A DNA stretch of 64,000 bases from Salpingoeca rosetta (GCA_033442325.1 JAWQFM010000003.1:1552967-1616966), one strand, 5' to 3'. Counted from the stretch's first letter, positions 1-21,401 are shown. Program-made: numbers and translations. Notes: a model not told the origin generated them from the sequence alone.

Positions 1-2391
<2,391 letters not shown>

Positions 2392-2574
2392 CCTTTTCCC
2401 TCAGAAGCGTGCGTTGGCACGTTCCACGATACCGCAACAGTCAAACACAAACAACAGACTCCACAACAGACAACGGACGGGTCCGTGGAACAAGGTGACA
2501 AGTCGTGAAGAAGGTGGGTGTTGTCGTTGGCCTGTGCTCCTTGTTGCTTTTTTACTTGGCTGCTGAGTGGACAC

Positions 2575-2586
2575 GACTGAATTCAG
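2575..2586. promoter_or_regulatory. Palindromic element GACTGAATTCAG in a divergent promoter
   Basis: Lies between head-to-head ATGs at 2391(-) and 3501(+); the same motif occurs in three other divergent promoters. Confidence 0.5.
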
Positions 2587-3500
2587 GGTCTGTAGACTTG
2601 CCTGCGTTCAAATTTCGCGCCACGGTTCTTTGTTGTTCGCCACCCTCAATTCACTCGCCCAGTCTCGCGTAAGCAACTTCCCATTGTTTCGCTGCGCACC
2701 CACGCCTGTTGCTGCGCGACCCTACCTTCGCACACGAGCAACCGAGCCTTGCGGCCAGCAACCGCACCAACCAAATCACAGTTGCACCAAGAGGCGGTGG
2801 GCGAGTCAAGTGTGCGGTGTGTGAAGAAGGCAAACTGCGCCACCCCCAGTGATCGGCGACCACACACACACCCCACCACATCAAGCAACGAGACTCGCAA
2901 GCAGCTCTTGTTGCCTGCCACAAGGTCCAATACAAGTGATACAAGCGATCCCCCCCCCCCACACACACACACACGCACACAGGGTGGATACACAGACACA
3001 CACACACACACACACACAGCCACGCAAACAAAACACACAACCAAACGGTGCGCGTGAGTGTGTGAGTGTGAGTGTGAGTGTGTGATCGGCCCCCACAGCA
3101 CTCGCTGCACCACGTCCCTGATAAAACACAAGTAAGAAAGGTGTGGTGCGTGCAGTTGTGTGAATCTGTGTGTGTGTGTGTGTGCAGTTGCGTGATATGC
3201 AGTGCCGAATGTTTGATTGTCGTGGTGCTTGCTACATTTGACATGCGCGATGTGACAGACGTTGTCGTTGACTCGCCTACTTGCTGTCTTGCTTACTTGC
3301 CGCCCTACTTCTTTCTTCCTTGCCTGCTTGCTTGACCGTTGCTTTGACCGTCGTGGTTTGACCGTTGATTCACCCCAGCCAGCAGTTGTACTCACAGCCA
3401 AAGCACACGTCTTTTGCACGCACACGCTCACATATACGAACACACATATACGAACACACGAACACACATGCACGCTCGCTCAGGAAGCCAGGTCGCCACC

Positions 3501-3828
3501 ATGGCTTCCCAACCACAGCCACAGCCACAGCAGCAGCAGCAGCAGCAGCTGAGTGGCGAACCCCCTGCGCACATTCGAGAGATCTTCGAAGCAGTGGACA
3601 GCGACAACTCCGGGTATCTGGACCATGAGGAACTCGACGCCGTCCTCAAACAGATGGGCCTCGACAACGACGCTGAACGCAAAGCAAAGGTGATCATGCT
3701 TCACAGTTGCGTGTTTGTTTGGGGGGGGGGGGTCGAGGCAAATGAACACAGCCGCACATGCATCAACTCGAGTTACCACACGCACCTTCCCTCACAACAA
3801 CAACAACAACAACGACGACGACAACAAC

Positions 3829-3862
<34 letters not shown>

Positions 3863-3896
3863 ACGACAAGGACAACAACAACAACGACAAGGGCTG

Positions 3897-3952
<56 letters not shown>

Positions 3953-5037
3953 CCGTACACGCAAAGCACAGTGCATTCACATGTCTTTCTCCTCACGTTA
4001 TGATAGTCACTGCACTCATCATTGAAACATGCAACTCACCCCACCTCGTGTGTTAAACATCCCCGCCCGCAACTCCTAAACACAACGCACACATGCACAC
4101 ACATGCACACACACATACGACACAACGCGCGCGCACGACACACACATGACACACGCCATCACAGCTGGAGCACCTGCTGGTGGAGCTGGACCCAGACGGC
4201 GATGGCCACATCACCCCGCAGGAGTTTTGGCAGGGAGCGCATTTGCTTGGGCTGGCGCAGGTGCACGAGGACCGCAGCCGCCTCCTCATTCGCGCGTGCG
4301 CCGTCTTCGACGAGATTGATCGCGATGGCGACAATGAACTCAACCGCTCGGAGCTCACGCAGGTGGCCATGAAGCTGGGCGTCCTGCAGTCTGACATTGA
4401 GGACGTGGTTGATGCCCTCATGGCAGTGCTGGACGCTGACGGCGACGGCACAGTCACGCGCGATGAGTTTATGGAGGCCGTCAAGCACGGGCACCTGGAC
4501 AACCTGCTCGAGTCTGCAGAGGCGCAGTCCCAGGACACCTTTGCGACATATACAGAGCACGAGCGCCACGCCGACAGCCCTGACGACGACAACGATGCCG
4601 AGCAGAGGTTTGCACGTTTGCGCCGGAACGGGCTGGCTGCGTCCACGCGCGAGTTACCGCCGCGCACGGAGAAGACGATGCTGATATCCGACGAGAAGTA
4701 CCAGTACCTGTGGGACCTCTTCTGCGTTGCCGACGACGACTGCAGCGGGAAGATCAACGAGGACGAGCTGTTTGACCTTCTCAATGACGAGTCGCTCTTT
4801 GGCAAGAAACGCATCACCCGAAACCTCATCACAAGCGTCATGAAGTCCATCGATGAAAAGTGGGTTCTTGCTTGCTGCTTCTGCTGCTGTTTGCTTGCTT
4901 GCTTGCTTGCTCGCTTGCTTACTTGCTTGCTGCTTCTGCTCTTGTCGTTTGTGTCGCCTGTGTGAACGTAAGGGAGCACATGCATGCATGTATGTAAACT
5001 TTGTGCAGCTTCGTGTATGACGCGTTCGCTCACCGCC

Positions 5038-5107
<70 letters not shown>

Positions 5108-8100
5108 TGCCCGCACCACAGCAACGATGACACGCTCGACTTTGAGGAGTTTTGCGTGGCGTTTGACCAGCTGTTTGAAGACGACCGCACCAAGTCCAAC
5201 AAAGGCATCCTTGGCGCAGAGAACGAGGCCCTGATCCAGGAAAACTCGCGGCTCACCACCGAGCTGCAGCAGTGTCAGGAAGAGGTGCGCATGCTCTCTG
5301 CAAACCGCACCGCAAACGCAACGTCAGAGGCCCTCGAGCAGGAGCTGCGCCAACTCCAGGTGCGTGTTTTGGAGCCGGGGAGGGGTGGGGGTATCCGTGG
5401 CGTGTGTGCCTCTGTGTGTGTGTGTGTGTGTGTGTGCGTGTGTGTGTGTGTGTCTGTCTGTCTGTGTGTGTGTGTGTGTGTCTATATCTCTATCTCTATC
5501 TCTGTCCGTCTGTCTGTCTGTCTTGCCCTGAGCGTGGACGCCATGTGTCTGGCTTTCTGTTTTCCGGTCTTGCGACATCATTCCTGCATTGTGCTTGCGC
5601 CTTATGGCTGGCTCACGCGTTTCGTCACGACTGGCACTGCTGTCGGTGATGAACTTAGGATGACAACGATGCAAAGGACGAGCAGATCCGGCTGCTGATG
5701 GAGAACAAGGCTGCTCATGAGGAGCGCATGAAGGACGCACGTGAACGCATCGAATCCCTCGAGAAATCCTTGGAAGAGAGCGATGCAGAGATGCAGCGCC
5801 TGAAAGACCGCGTAAGCATTCACATTGCACAATTTCGTGCTTGCATGCTCTGTGTGTGTGAGTGTGTTGGTGTGCATGCGTGAATGCCCACTGCGTATGT
5901 ATGTATGTATGTACGTATGTATGTATGCATGCGTGGACACGTGTCTGAGTAATTGCACCATCCATCTGTTCCCCCCCCCCCCGAGGGCGCTTCCTCACAA
6001 TGCAATACGCATCGTTCACCCACCATCCATCTGTTCCAACCCGCTCCCCCCACCACCACCACCACCAGTACCGCAGCGGGCTGCCTGCGGACGGCGACGA
6101 GTTTGCAGAGCGGCCGCTGCGGGAGGAAATTGAGCAGCTGAAGCGCGAGCTGGTCACGCAGTCCGAGCACCACCGCGAGGAGCTTGCACTGTACCTGCAG
6201 CAGATAGCGGTGGCGGAGATGCAGCTGGAGGAAGCCGGCCGCGACCTCGTGCGCATCCCAGAGCTGCAGGACGAGGTGACGTTCCTCTCGCAGCTGTCGG
6301 ACGAGCTGCGCTCTGAACTGCAATCCTTTGTGGGGTCGCGCCGCCCGGCAGCGGGCGAAGGTGCCGGCAACGCTAACCTGCACGTGGAGGTGACATCGCT
6401 CGAGGAGGCAACGCTCCAGCTCAGGGAGCTCACCGTGCAGAAGCGCGACGTGGAGAACAGGTTCCACGCGCACATGGGCCGGTCGCAGCAGGTGCGGGCA
6501 GCGCTTGAGAGCCGCAACAAGCAGCTGACAGAGCAGGTGGCGGAGCTGCAGGAGACAATTGAGCAGCTCAAGGCCGGCACGCAGGAGCTCTTCCAGAAGC
6601 AGGCTGCCGACTACGAGGCCAAGCTGGAGGCCATGGAGGCAGACCTGATTGAGGCGCGCGACGCGCAGCGCAAGTGGGAGGAGTACCAGGCCAATGACAG
6701 CGTGCGCGCGCGCGTGGCCGACGCCCGCCTCCGCCTCAAGTCCGGCAGCGAGCTTGCAGAGCAGCTGCGGGAGACGCAGCGGCAGCTGGATGAGGCGCAG
6801 TCGCAGGTGGCGCAGGCCGAGGGCGAGCTCGACGCGTTCAAGCGCAAGACCGCAGAGATGTGGCAGCTGCACCAGGAGACGCACGCCGAGCAGATTGCAG
6901 AGGCAACGGCGCAGGCAGACATGCTGCGGGGCGAGCTGGACAAGGCAAAGATGGCGCTGAAGAACGGCACGGAGGAAGGCAGCGGCGGCGACGAGCGCGT
7001 GGCGCAGCTTGAGCAGCAGCTGGCCGAGCTGCAGACGGTTGCGTCCAAGGCCAACCAGGAGCGCCTGCACGAGCTGGAGGCGCAGGTGCAGCAGGTGCGC
7101 GCAGACACCATCACAGAACTCACGGCGCGGCACAAGCAGGACATGGACAGGGCGGCGGCAGACGCACAGGCGCGCGAGCGGGAGCTGCAGGACGAGCTGG
7201 ACCGCATGCAGCAGGAAGGCAACGACGAGCTGCAGGCGCTGGCAGAGAAACTGGCCCAGGCGGAGCACAACCTCAAGGACAAGAAGGCGTCGCTCGAGGC
7301 GGCCGAGGACAAGATGTCGCAGCTGGAGAAGAAGCACGCAGAGGCACTGGCCCGCGCGCGCCAGCAAGGCATTGACGCAGAGACGGAGGCGCTCACCCTG
7401 CGGGAGCAGCTGGCAAAGGCAAACGCCGCGCACTCGGATGTGGAGAAGCTGCAGGCGGAAATTGCCGAGAAGGACGAGGAGCGCACGCGGCTGCTGGAGG
7501 CGATGGATGGCATGAACACACGCATCGAGCAGCTGGAGCAGGAGGCCCGCGCAAAGAACACAGAGGCAGAGGCGCGCGTGGCAGAGGCCAGGCAGCAGCT
7601 GCAGGCCAAGCAGCAGGAGGTGGATGCCCTCAACACCACCATCGCAGACCTGCGGCGCCAGCTGGAAGAGGCGCAGGCCGACCACGCCCGGACGTGCGAG
7701 GAGTACGAGGCCACCATCTCCAAGCTGCAGCAGCGGCTGGCAGACGGGGAGGATTCCCTCAGCGCCATGACGCAGGAGCGCGAGCGCGCCATGGCGTCGT
7801 CCAGTGACGAGGTGGTGCAGCTGCAGGAGGCTATCTCCAAGCTGCGCACCGCGCACGCCCAGCGGGAGCAGGACCTTGCTGCCGAGCTGCAGCAGAAGGA
7901 GGCGGAGATTGCCGCTGCCCGGAGCGCGGCCGCTGGCGACGTGGAGCGGGCGCAGGCCGAGGTGGACGCGCTGCAGGACGCGCTCACAGCGGCAAAGCAG
8001 GCACGCGCACGGGCGCTGCAGGACTTCCAGCAGGCGCTCGCTGCCAAGCAGAAGGACCTGGAGGCAGCGCAGGCCGCCAAGGAGGAGGCCGTGGCCGCCC

Positions 8101-11100
8101 TCACAGCACAGGTGGAGGACGCCACCCGCAAGCTGGAACAGGCCCAGCACCAGCACGAGGCGGAGCAGAGCGCACTGCAGGAGGAGCTCACCGCGGCCAA
8201 GCAGGACGCGGCGCAGCGGGCGCAGGAGCACGCCGAGGCCGAGGCAGAGCTGCAGGCGCGCGTGCAGGCGCTGGAGAACCAAATGACGACGTCCGCCCGC
8301 GAGGCAGCCGACCGCGCCCGGGCCACGCAGACGCAGCTGGAGCAGCAGGTGCAGGACCTGCGGGCCGCAAAGGACGCCGCCGAGGCAGAGGTAGAGCGGC
8401 TCACGAACGCCCTGCAGGCGCAGCAGGCCGCAGCGCGCACGCGTGAGCAGGAGTTGCAAGGCAACGTGCAGGCTCTACGGGAGGACCTGGCCAACAAGCA
8501 GCACGAGCTGGAGGAAGCGGCGACAGCGCGGCAGCGGCAGCAGCGCGACGCAGAGACGGCCGCGCGCGAGCTGGAGCTGCGGGTGCAGCAGCTGGGCAAG
8601 CGCAACGCTGTGCTGCAGGACGAGGTGGACAAGCTGACGGCGATGGACCGAGCGGCAGTTACGCGGGCGAGCCCCTCTGTACGGCCCGACAGCGACGAGG
8701 CCCTGCAGCAGCTGCAGGTGCAGGTGCAGGACCTGCGCAAGCAGCTGGCAAGCACGCAGGCGAAGATGCGACAGCAGGACGAGGAGCACGAGATGCGCGC
8801 CAAGGAGCTGCAGGCGCTGTTCGAGTCTGAGCGGATGGATTTCGACCTGCGGCTGCGCGACGAGCGCGCACGTACGCAGCTGGCGCAGAACGAAGCAGCA
8901 ACCCTGCAGGGCAACAAGGACACCGTCGTGGCTGACCTCCGCGCCAGGCTGGCTGCCAAGACGCGGCAGCTGGAGGAGGCGGCAGCGGCCCACGCGCAGA
9001 CCGTGGGAGAGGCGCGGCGGGAGCTGGCCACGCTGCAGAAGCAGCACGCCGCCCTGCAGCACGAGTACGAGCAGTCGCAGCACTCTGCGGCCGTGGTTGA
9101 GGACGTGGACCGGGCCCGCGCCTCGCAGGAGGTGCAGGAGTTGCAGCAGCAAGTGCGAGCGCTGCGCGCAAAGGTGGCCGCTGCGGAGACCACGGCCAAG
9201 CAGCACGACGCCGACGTTGCGCGCCTGCGCCAGGAGTACGAGGCAAAGCTGCGGGAGCAGCTGTCCCTGGTGGAGTCCAAGCACGTTGCTGCGGCGGAGC
9301 AGGCGTATGCGCGCGTGCGGCAGCTTGAGGACGACGTGACTGCCGCGCAGGAGGCGCGCCGCAAGGCCGCAGAGCAGTTTGCGCAGCAGCTGGAGGCCAA
9401 GGACGCGCACATGCAAGACACCGTCGAGGCGTTGGAGGCGAACGTCAGCGCGCAGCGGGCACGGGCAGACAAGCTTGAGGCCGAGATGGACAGGCTGCGG
9501 CGTGATGCGGCGGCTGCGGCGGCCCGCCTTGCAGACGCGCGCCAGGGGCACGAGGAGCAAGTGGCGCTGCTGCGCGCGGAGTACGAGACGAAGCTGGCGC
9601 AGGCCGCAGACACCCTGGCCACCGCGGAGCGCGAGAAGGGCGCGTCACCGCAGGAGGTGGGTGCGCTGCGGCAGCAGCTGCTGGCCAAGCTCGAGGAGCA
9701 GCAGGCGCTGTTTGAGGCGGAGCGCAGCTCTCTGCGGGAGCACGTGCGCGAGCTGGCGGAGGAGCGAGACGCCCTGCAGCAGCAGCTGGCAGACACGACG
9801 GCGAACCTGCAAGGGGAGGTTGACCGGCTGGGCTTTGAGCACCGCAGCCAGGCACAACGCACGCTGGCTGCAGAGGCGGAGCGCGATGGTGTGGCTGCCC
9901 AGGCAGAGCGGTACAAGGCGCAGCTGGCCGAGCAGGAGACTGCAATGCAGGCGCTGGAGCTGGAGCGCGATCGCATGCGGGAGCAGCTGCGCACGGCCAG
10001 CCAGCACCTGTCGGACGACGAGCGCGTGCAGTACGAGCAAGAGCTGCAGCTGCTGCGCGCCAAGGTGAACGAGCAGGAGATGCTGCTGTCCTCAGCCACG
10101 TCCGAGGCAGACCGTCTGTCCGCAGACACGCTCACGCGCCTGCGGGAGAAGGATGCGCTGTTCCAGGGCGAGCGGCGCGACGCAGAGGTGCGCCTGAAGC
10201 GCCTGCGCACCGAGCTCGCAGACGCACAGGCGGCGATGCAGCGGCTGACGGCGAGCAAGCAAGCGGCGGACCGAGAACTGGAGGCCCTCCGCATGCAGCT
10301 GAGCCAGGCCGCGGCTGCTCGCCAGGATGCGGCGCGTGCGTTTGAGTCTCGCATTGCGCACCTGGACACGCAGCTCGCACACGTGCGGGATGAGAAGGCT
10401 GAGCTGGCACAGGCTGTGGCACAGCTCAGGGCCGGCGACCCAGACGCGATGGCATCGCTGCAGGTGCAGCACGCCAAGCAGACGGACGAACTGTCCGATC
10501 GCGTGCAGACGCTGAGCGCCAAGGCGCGGGCGCTTGAGACGGAGCGGGTGGCGCTCGCCTCCGAGCTGGAGTCGCAGCGGCAGCATGCTGCGGCGCAGAA
10601 GGCCACGCTTGAGCAGCAGCTACAAGGCACGATGGAGGAGCTGACACACCTGCGGGACCAGATGACCGCCATGGACGAGGAGCGTGCTGCGGCGATGGGC
10701 GCCGTCAAGGGCGAGCACGAGCACGCTGTCGTGCAGATGCAGGGCGCACTCAAGGACAAGGAGGCAGAGGTGTCGTCGCTGCTGCAGCAATTGCGGGCGA
10801 AGGAGTCTGAGCTGGAGGCGGCGCAGGCAGAGGGCGCGGCGGCAGCAAGCCGCGCAGACGCAAAGGTGCGCAGTCTCCAAGATGAGCTGGCCCGTGAGCA
10901 GAGCGAGCGTGCACTGCGGGACCTGGACGTCAAGGCGGCGCGCGATGACTTGGAGCGGCAGAAGCAGCAGCACGACGCAACGGTGGCTGACCTGCGAGAG
11001 CAAGTGACCACAAAGGAGGCTGAGCTTGCGGCGCTGCGTGCGGCCCACCGCGGCGACCAGGACACCTTGCTCAAGGCCACCGAGGAGCGCGTGCAGCGGC

Positions 11101-14100
11101 TGCAAACCGAGCTGGCAGCTGCGCGCGAAGGCAGGGACGCACTCGTGCGCGACTTCCAGGAGAAGGTGGCGCAGAACAGGCAGCGGCTGACCGAACTCCT
11201 GCAGGAGAAGGACGCGCAGCTGCGCACGCTGCAGGACCGCATGCACGAGCTGTCTCTGGTCAACAGCAAACTCGTCTCGGACAAGGCGCGCCTGCTGGAT
11301 GACTTGACAGCCAAGCCCGCGGCCGTTTCGCGTAGCGGCACAGGCAGCCGTACCTGGACCCCCGTCAAGGCAGCGCCGCCGCCAACAGCAGAGAAACAGC
11401 AACGACAAGGACAAGGGCAAGAAGGTGAGGCTGAGACCCAAGGTGAAGAAGCAAGAGCAGGCGATTCCGTCCGCTCGTCTTCATCCATGTCATCCCCTGA
11501 GACGGAACGCGACGGGCACACGGCGCTGGGAGAAGACGATAGCGAGGCACAGGAGGTTGCCGGTGCGTTTGTGGCCGTGTATGCCAGCGGCCGCAGCAGT
11601 GGCGGCGCCGATGCGTCATCGCGTGCGCAACAGCTGCAGTGGGAGGTGCAGCGGCAGCGGGCCACTGTGACGCGGCTCGAGGCCGAGAACAGGCGGCTGG
11701 ATGCGCTGCTGCGCGAGAGCGAGGTGCTGGGCCAGCAGAGCATGCGCTCCGACGCATCGCAGCGGCACAGCCTGGAGGCGACGGTGTCACGCCTCAAGGA
11801 CGAGCTTGCACGCGTCGTTGACGACAAGGCCGCGAGCGCAGCTCGGTTTGAGCAGCACGCGCGCGAGCAGCAGGAGCGCATTGCCACCATGGCGGACGCG
11901 CAGGCGAAGACGCGCAAGAAACTGCACGACGTGAAGCTGGAGCTGGCTGCAGCACAGGAGAGACTGCGCCAACAGCAGCAACAGCTGCTGCAAGCAGAAG
12001 GGGATGGGACCAAGGCTGAGAAGGAGCACGGGCAGGAGTTGCAGGGCGACGACGCACACGAGGTTGCGCAACTGCAGGCCACGGTGCTGCACTTGGAGGG
12101 CGAACTGACGGCACGAGACGGCCGCATCGACGCGCTCAGCGCACAGGTGAGTGCGGCGCAGCTGCTGCTGGAGGAAACCAAGTCCGATGCAAGCGCACGC
12201 ACGGCTGAGCTGACGGCGCGTGCCGAGCAAGCGGAGCGGGCGGCGGCATCTGCGCAGGAGTCGTGGCGGTCGCAGGCGGCGGCGTACCAGGAGAAGCTGG
12301 GCGACAAGCAGGCTGAGGTGGAGACGAAGGAAGCCACCATCCGCCGCCTCAATTCGGAGATTGAGCGCTTGCTTGGGCGCGTGGCGGCCCTCAAGGAAAA
12401 CGCCGACGTGCTTGCGGCAGATCGCCTGCAGGGGACGCCCGCACGAGGCGCAGCGTCATCCCCAGCAGCCCCTTCCGCTGCCACTGCCACGGCTGACCTC
12501 GACAAACTGCATGAGATGCGGCGGCAGCGCGATGCTGCGAGCAGACGGGCGGACGCGCTGGAGAAGGAGCTGACGGCGGTGTCGCGGCAGCTGGCGCAGG
12601 CGAGGGCAAGGGCTGCAGCAGATGGCATTGGCGCGAGCAACGCGCACGGTGCTGTGGAGGCGCATATGCAGAAGCTGGGGGAAGAGCTGGGCAGGGTGCG
12701 GGAGGAGCGCGACGCAGCAGCAAACGCGTTTGAGGCCAAGCTGGACGCAGCAGCGCAAGCGACGGAGGCGAAGGAGCAAGAGGTGGCGGCGCTGCGGGCG
12801 CAGGTGGAGCGGTTGAACGCAGAGGTGTCACGGATGGCGGCGGCCATGGCTGAGGGCGATGCGGACAAGGCGGCAGCGCAGGAGCTGGAGCGACTGGCAA
12901 CGGCACTTGCTGCAGCAGAGGGCGCGCTGGCGCAGGCCGAGACAGAGAACGAAGCCTTGGCTGCACGCCTGCGCAACGTGGAGCCAAAGGCAAACGAGGC
13001 CGTGCGGGTGCAGGGCGACCTGCAACGCGCACTGAGCGAGCGCCTGGAGGCGGCGCAGGCGTTCAAGGCGAGCGTGCACGACCTGGAGAAGCGGCTGGAC
13101 CGCGCGCTCGGGGAGAACAAGCAGCTACTTGCTGAGCTGGGCCGCCGTGCGCCTTCTGAGCAGCAGCAACCGGAGGAGGAGGAGGGCACGTCGAGCGCGA
13201 AGCTGAAGCGCCCGCAGCGCATGAGCTTTGGGCAGGAGGGCATGATGCGATCGCCGTCCGCCGCCAGCAGCACGGGCGCAGACTTCCGCCTCGGCAGCAG
13301 CGTGCCGTCGGAGAGGAACGCGTATGATGGCGCCGAGATGGCCAAGGCAGACGCACTGCTGCATGGCGCCGCGGCGGCAGAGGACGCCATGTCCGCAGCG
13401 AGCCGAGCCTTGTCGGAGACGGGCAGTGCCACGGGCGACAGCGCGGGCCACACCCTGGTCCTGCTCCGCACGGAGAACGCCAAGCTGCGGGGCCGCGTGG
13501 CCGAGCTTGAAGCGGAGCTCGCAGTCCGCCGCGCTGGCGGTGCCGCCTCAACGGACGCCGGCATCAATGGCACGGCGCCAGCAGCAGCGGCAGCAAGGGG
13601 AGGGCACCAGCCGTACTCGCGGGTGCGCCAGCTGCAGCTTGAGTTGCAACGTGTGCTGCGTGAGCGCGCGGACGTGGTTGAGGACTTTGAGCAGCGGCTG
13701 CGGGCGATGGAGCTGCGGGCCCAGGATGCGGCCGCTGCGCGGGAAAAGCTTGCGCGTCAGCTGATTACGCTGTCGCAGAGTGACCGCCGGCCAAGCGCAT
13801 CCAACGCGAGCAAGCCGCACTCGCCCCCACACAACAACACGAACATGCGCGCGGAGCTGTCGTCGTTGCAGCGGGAGAACATTGCCTTGCATCAGGAGGT
13901 GCAACGGCTGCGCACGCTCGCACACGGCCGCGCAGCCCAGCCGCACACGCCGCACACGCCACAGACGCCGAGCACGGGGTCATTTGCGTATCGGGATGGC
14001 GGCGTGAGCAAATCGGGTGCCATGCAGCGCATTGGTCAGCTCGAGCAGGAGCTGGACCGCATGCAGAAGGAGCGGCAGATGCGGCAACAGGGCGCCTTCA

Positions 14101-14357
14101 CGTCGCACGGCCACCAGCAGCAGCAGCCGCCGCAGCAGCGCCGGGGTGGCAGTATCGGTGCCGGCTATGCATATGGCGGAATGGTGGCGTCGTCTGTGAG
14201 CTCTGTCACAAGCACCGGTGGCCGGGCAGCCAAGTCACGCGCCACAGCATGGGTGCGTATGCGTGTTGGGGGAGGGGGGAGTTGTTTGTTTGTAGCTTTG
14301 TTTGTTTGTTTGTAGCTTTGTTTGTTTGTAGCTTTGTTTGTTTGTAGCTTTGTTTGT

Positions 14358-14388
<31 letters not shown>

Positions 14389-14390
14389 CG

Positions 14391-14442
<52 letters not shown>

Positions 14443-14671
14443 TACCTCTGCCTGTACCTTGTTTGTTTGCATCTCTGTGCTCCAGTACCTCTCCTTGTCT
14501 GTGTTTCTGTTCACGTCGCAGCGTCGTTGTCTTGATTTGCATGCCCTTTCCATGCACTGGATACACATGCTCACCTGTCCATTCCCATTCACGTGTACGC
14601 CGCCGTTTCTGTAGGTTGCTGCTGAGCGGAGTGGCAGCTCCCGCACCTGGGCAGTACGCCCTGGTGCATAA
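3501..14671 (+). CDS. Giant (~3170 aa) protein with N-terminal EF-hands and a very long coiled coil
   Basis: Predicted exons 3501-3689, 4165-4859, 5122-5359, 5659-5811, 6069-14252, 14615-14671, all GT-AG with compatible phases. Six EF-hand loops (DSDNSGYLDHEE, DPDGDGHITPQE, DRDGDNELNRSE, DADGDGTVTRDE, DDDCSGKINEDE, DENNDDTLDFEE), then ~2700 aa of A/E/Q/L/R heptad-rich sequence. Confidence 0.85.
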
Positions 14672-15221
14672 CTCAGAATCACCACATCCACCGTTGCTGC
14701 TGCTCTCTGTAGTGTTGCACTGTCTGTGTTGACGAATGGTTTGTTGCTGGCGCTTGGTTGCTGGCTTTCTTGGGTTCTTGCCTGATGGTTGAGCTGTATA
14801 CAGTGATACGATGACAGTTGCTGCTTGTCCCTGCCTTCCTTCCTTGATTGGTTTGTTTTGTTTTGTTTTGAATTCACCACGTGGTCGGAGCATCTCACTC
14901 GATGCGCTTGCTGATGCTTTTCAATGTTGTACATTGCCACTGTGACGAAAGTGTCGCCCTTTCCATCATTTTTGTTTATGTTATCTGCTCATACACGCTG
15001 ATGAATCAGGTCTACACCGTATGAGCAGGATTGCAGGGGAAGAAGAGGGGATGGAGATGGCACCAGACAATGGCAGCGAGGCAGGGGTTTGGTTAATGGA
15101 CACGAGCTCATTGGTATGGGGACATGACATGAAAGAAAGCACACAAAAAAGGTGGCGCCAACAGAGTCGCAGTGAATGAAAGAGGGACGAGGAGACAGGA
15201 AGAGAAACTGCAAGAGAGCAC

Positions 15222-15329
<108 letters not shown>

Positions 15330-15343
15330 CCTGGTGTGATCTG

Positions 15344-15812
15344 CTAGTTGGTTTGCTTGAGGTCCTTTGTGTCAATCATTTGTTTGCCGCACATGGCGCA
15401 AATGCCTGCGATGAGAACAGGGAAGGGCAGAGGCGGTGTTGTGTGACGGCTTGATGTGAGCAAGACACGAGTCGTCAATATGGGTCTGAGACGGAAGCAT
15501 GCGACATCAAGTTGCAAACCAACGAGGCCAGACTTCACACAGCCACCAGGAAGCACGAGCAAGCCAGACACGCAACGAACACGCACCAATCTTGTATGCG
15601 CATCCTTGACAATAGTGGGCGTGCTTCTGGTGCACCTTGACCTTGCAAATCTTACACTTGTGAAACTGCTCATAAGGGTTGAATCTACACACAGGGCACG
15701 TGTTGACAATTTGCGAGTGGCAAGTTGGGCGGAGGTAAGTTGCGTGTAGATAAGGGGTTACATAACACGCGTGTGGTGTGTGTCTGTGTCTGTGTCTGTC
15801 TGTCTGTCTGTA

Positions 15813-15851
<39 letters not shown>

Positions 15852-15852
15852 A

Positions 15853-15913
<61 letters not shown>

Positions 15914-16500
15914 GCGTGGGTGTGTGGGTGTGTGGGTGTGCGTGTGTGGGTGTGCGTGAACAAAATGTCGTGGCACGGTACCTGTTCTTTTTCCCTTTGA
16001 GCAACTTGTTCGCACCGATCTTGCGCTTGTCGGATGCTGTGACAAAGGAGGGGAGTGCGATTGTGAGATGAAGGTCACGTCAATTGTGGTGCCAACAGGG
16101 CAGTGGTGGCGCAGCAGAAACCCTTGTAGAAGATGCACACGCACATGTGCATTCGTATGCTGAGATGCGCACATGCATGCACACACGCACGTTCACACAC
16201 AAACACACACACAAGGATACAACTGCGCGCTAGTTCGACTCACCGTTTGTGTTTCGTGCGCCGTCCTTCCACTTGTCTGGCGTCTCCAGCTTTGCCAGCT
16301 TCTTTTCACCTGCGAGATGAGCGCAACAAAGACACATGGACGGACAGGGATGTGGACATGAGAAAAACACGACTGATCATGCACGTAACGGCAACACGGA
16401 CTCACGCATGCGCATGCGTACATGCATCACATGCATACATGCGTACATACATCACATGCATACATCACACTCAAACTAACTTACATTTCGCGCACACCAT
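15344..16500 (-). CDS. CRIPT: Cysteine-rich PDZ-binding protein CRIPT
   Basis: Five exons give [27 protein letters not shown]...[67 protein letters not shown], the characteristic CRIPT sequence. Confidence 0.93.
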
Positions 16501-16590
16501 ATCTTGGGTGGTGGTTGATGTGGTTGATGTGGTGAGGATTGATGTGTGCGGTTGTGGTCGTTGGCGTTGCTTTTTTAGCTTGTTGTTGAA

Positions 16591-16617
16591 ACTGGATTAA
16601 GTCGGAACTGAATTCAC
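16591..16617. promoter_or_regulatory. Tandem copies of the palindromic element (ACTGGATTAAGTC and ACTGAATTCAC)
   Basis: Centred in the ~200-bp gap between the CRIPT ATG (16500,-) and the ALT ATG (16706,+). Confidence 0.5.
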
Positions 16618-16705
16618 TTATATTGCGAAATGTGCTGAGTCATTGCACCCACATGCGACACAAACCCCACAACACCCCACAACCCACCAACCAAACCCAC
16701 CAACC

Positions 16706-21244
<4,539 letters not shown>

Positions 21245-21281
21245 AGCCGCGCCTGCTACTTCCAACCCACCAGCTTTCCTC

Positions 21282-21323
<42 letters not shown>

Positions 21324-21362
21324 GGTGCTCTTTCACCGCGTGCACACACACACACGCGCGCG

Positions 21363-21401
<39 letters not shown>

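Noticed and set aside
5820-13573. Very long minus-strand ORFs (2320 aa and 879 aa)
   Set aside because: Antisense shadows of the GC-rich coiled-coil exon; S/C/A/R- or L-rich with no domain signal.
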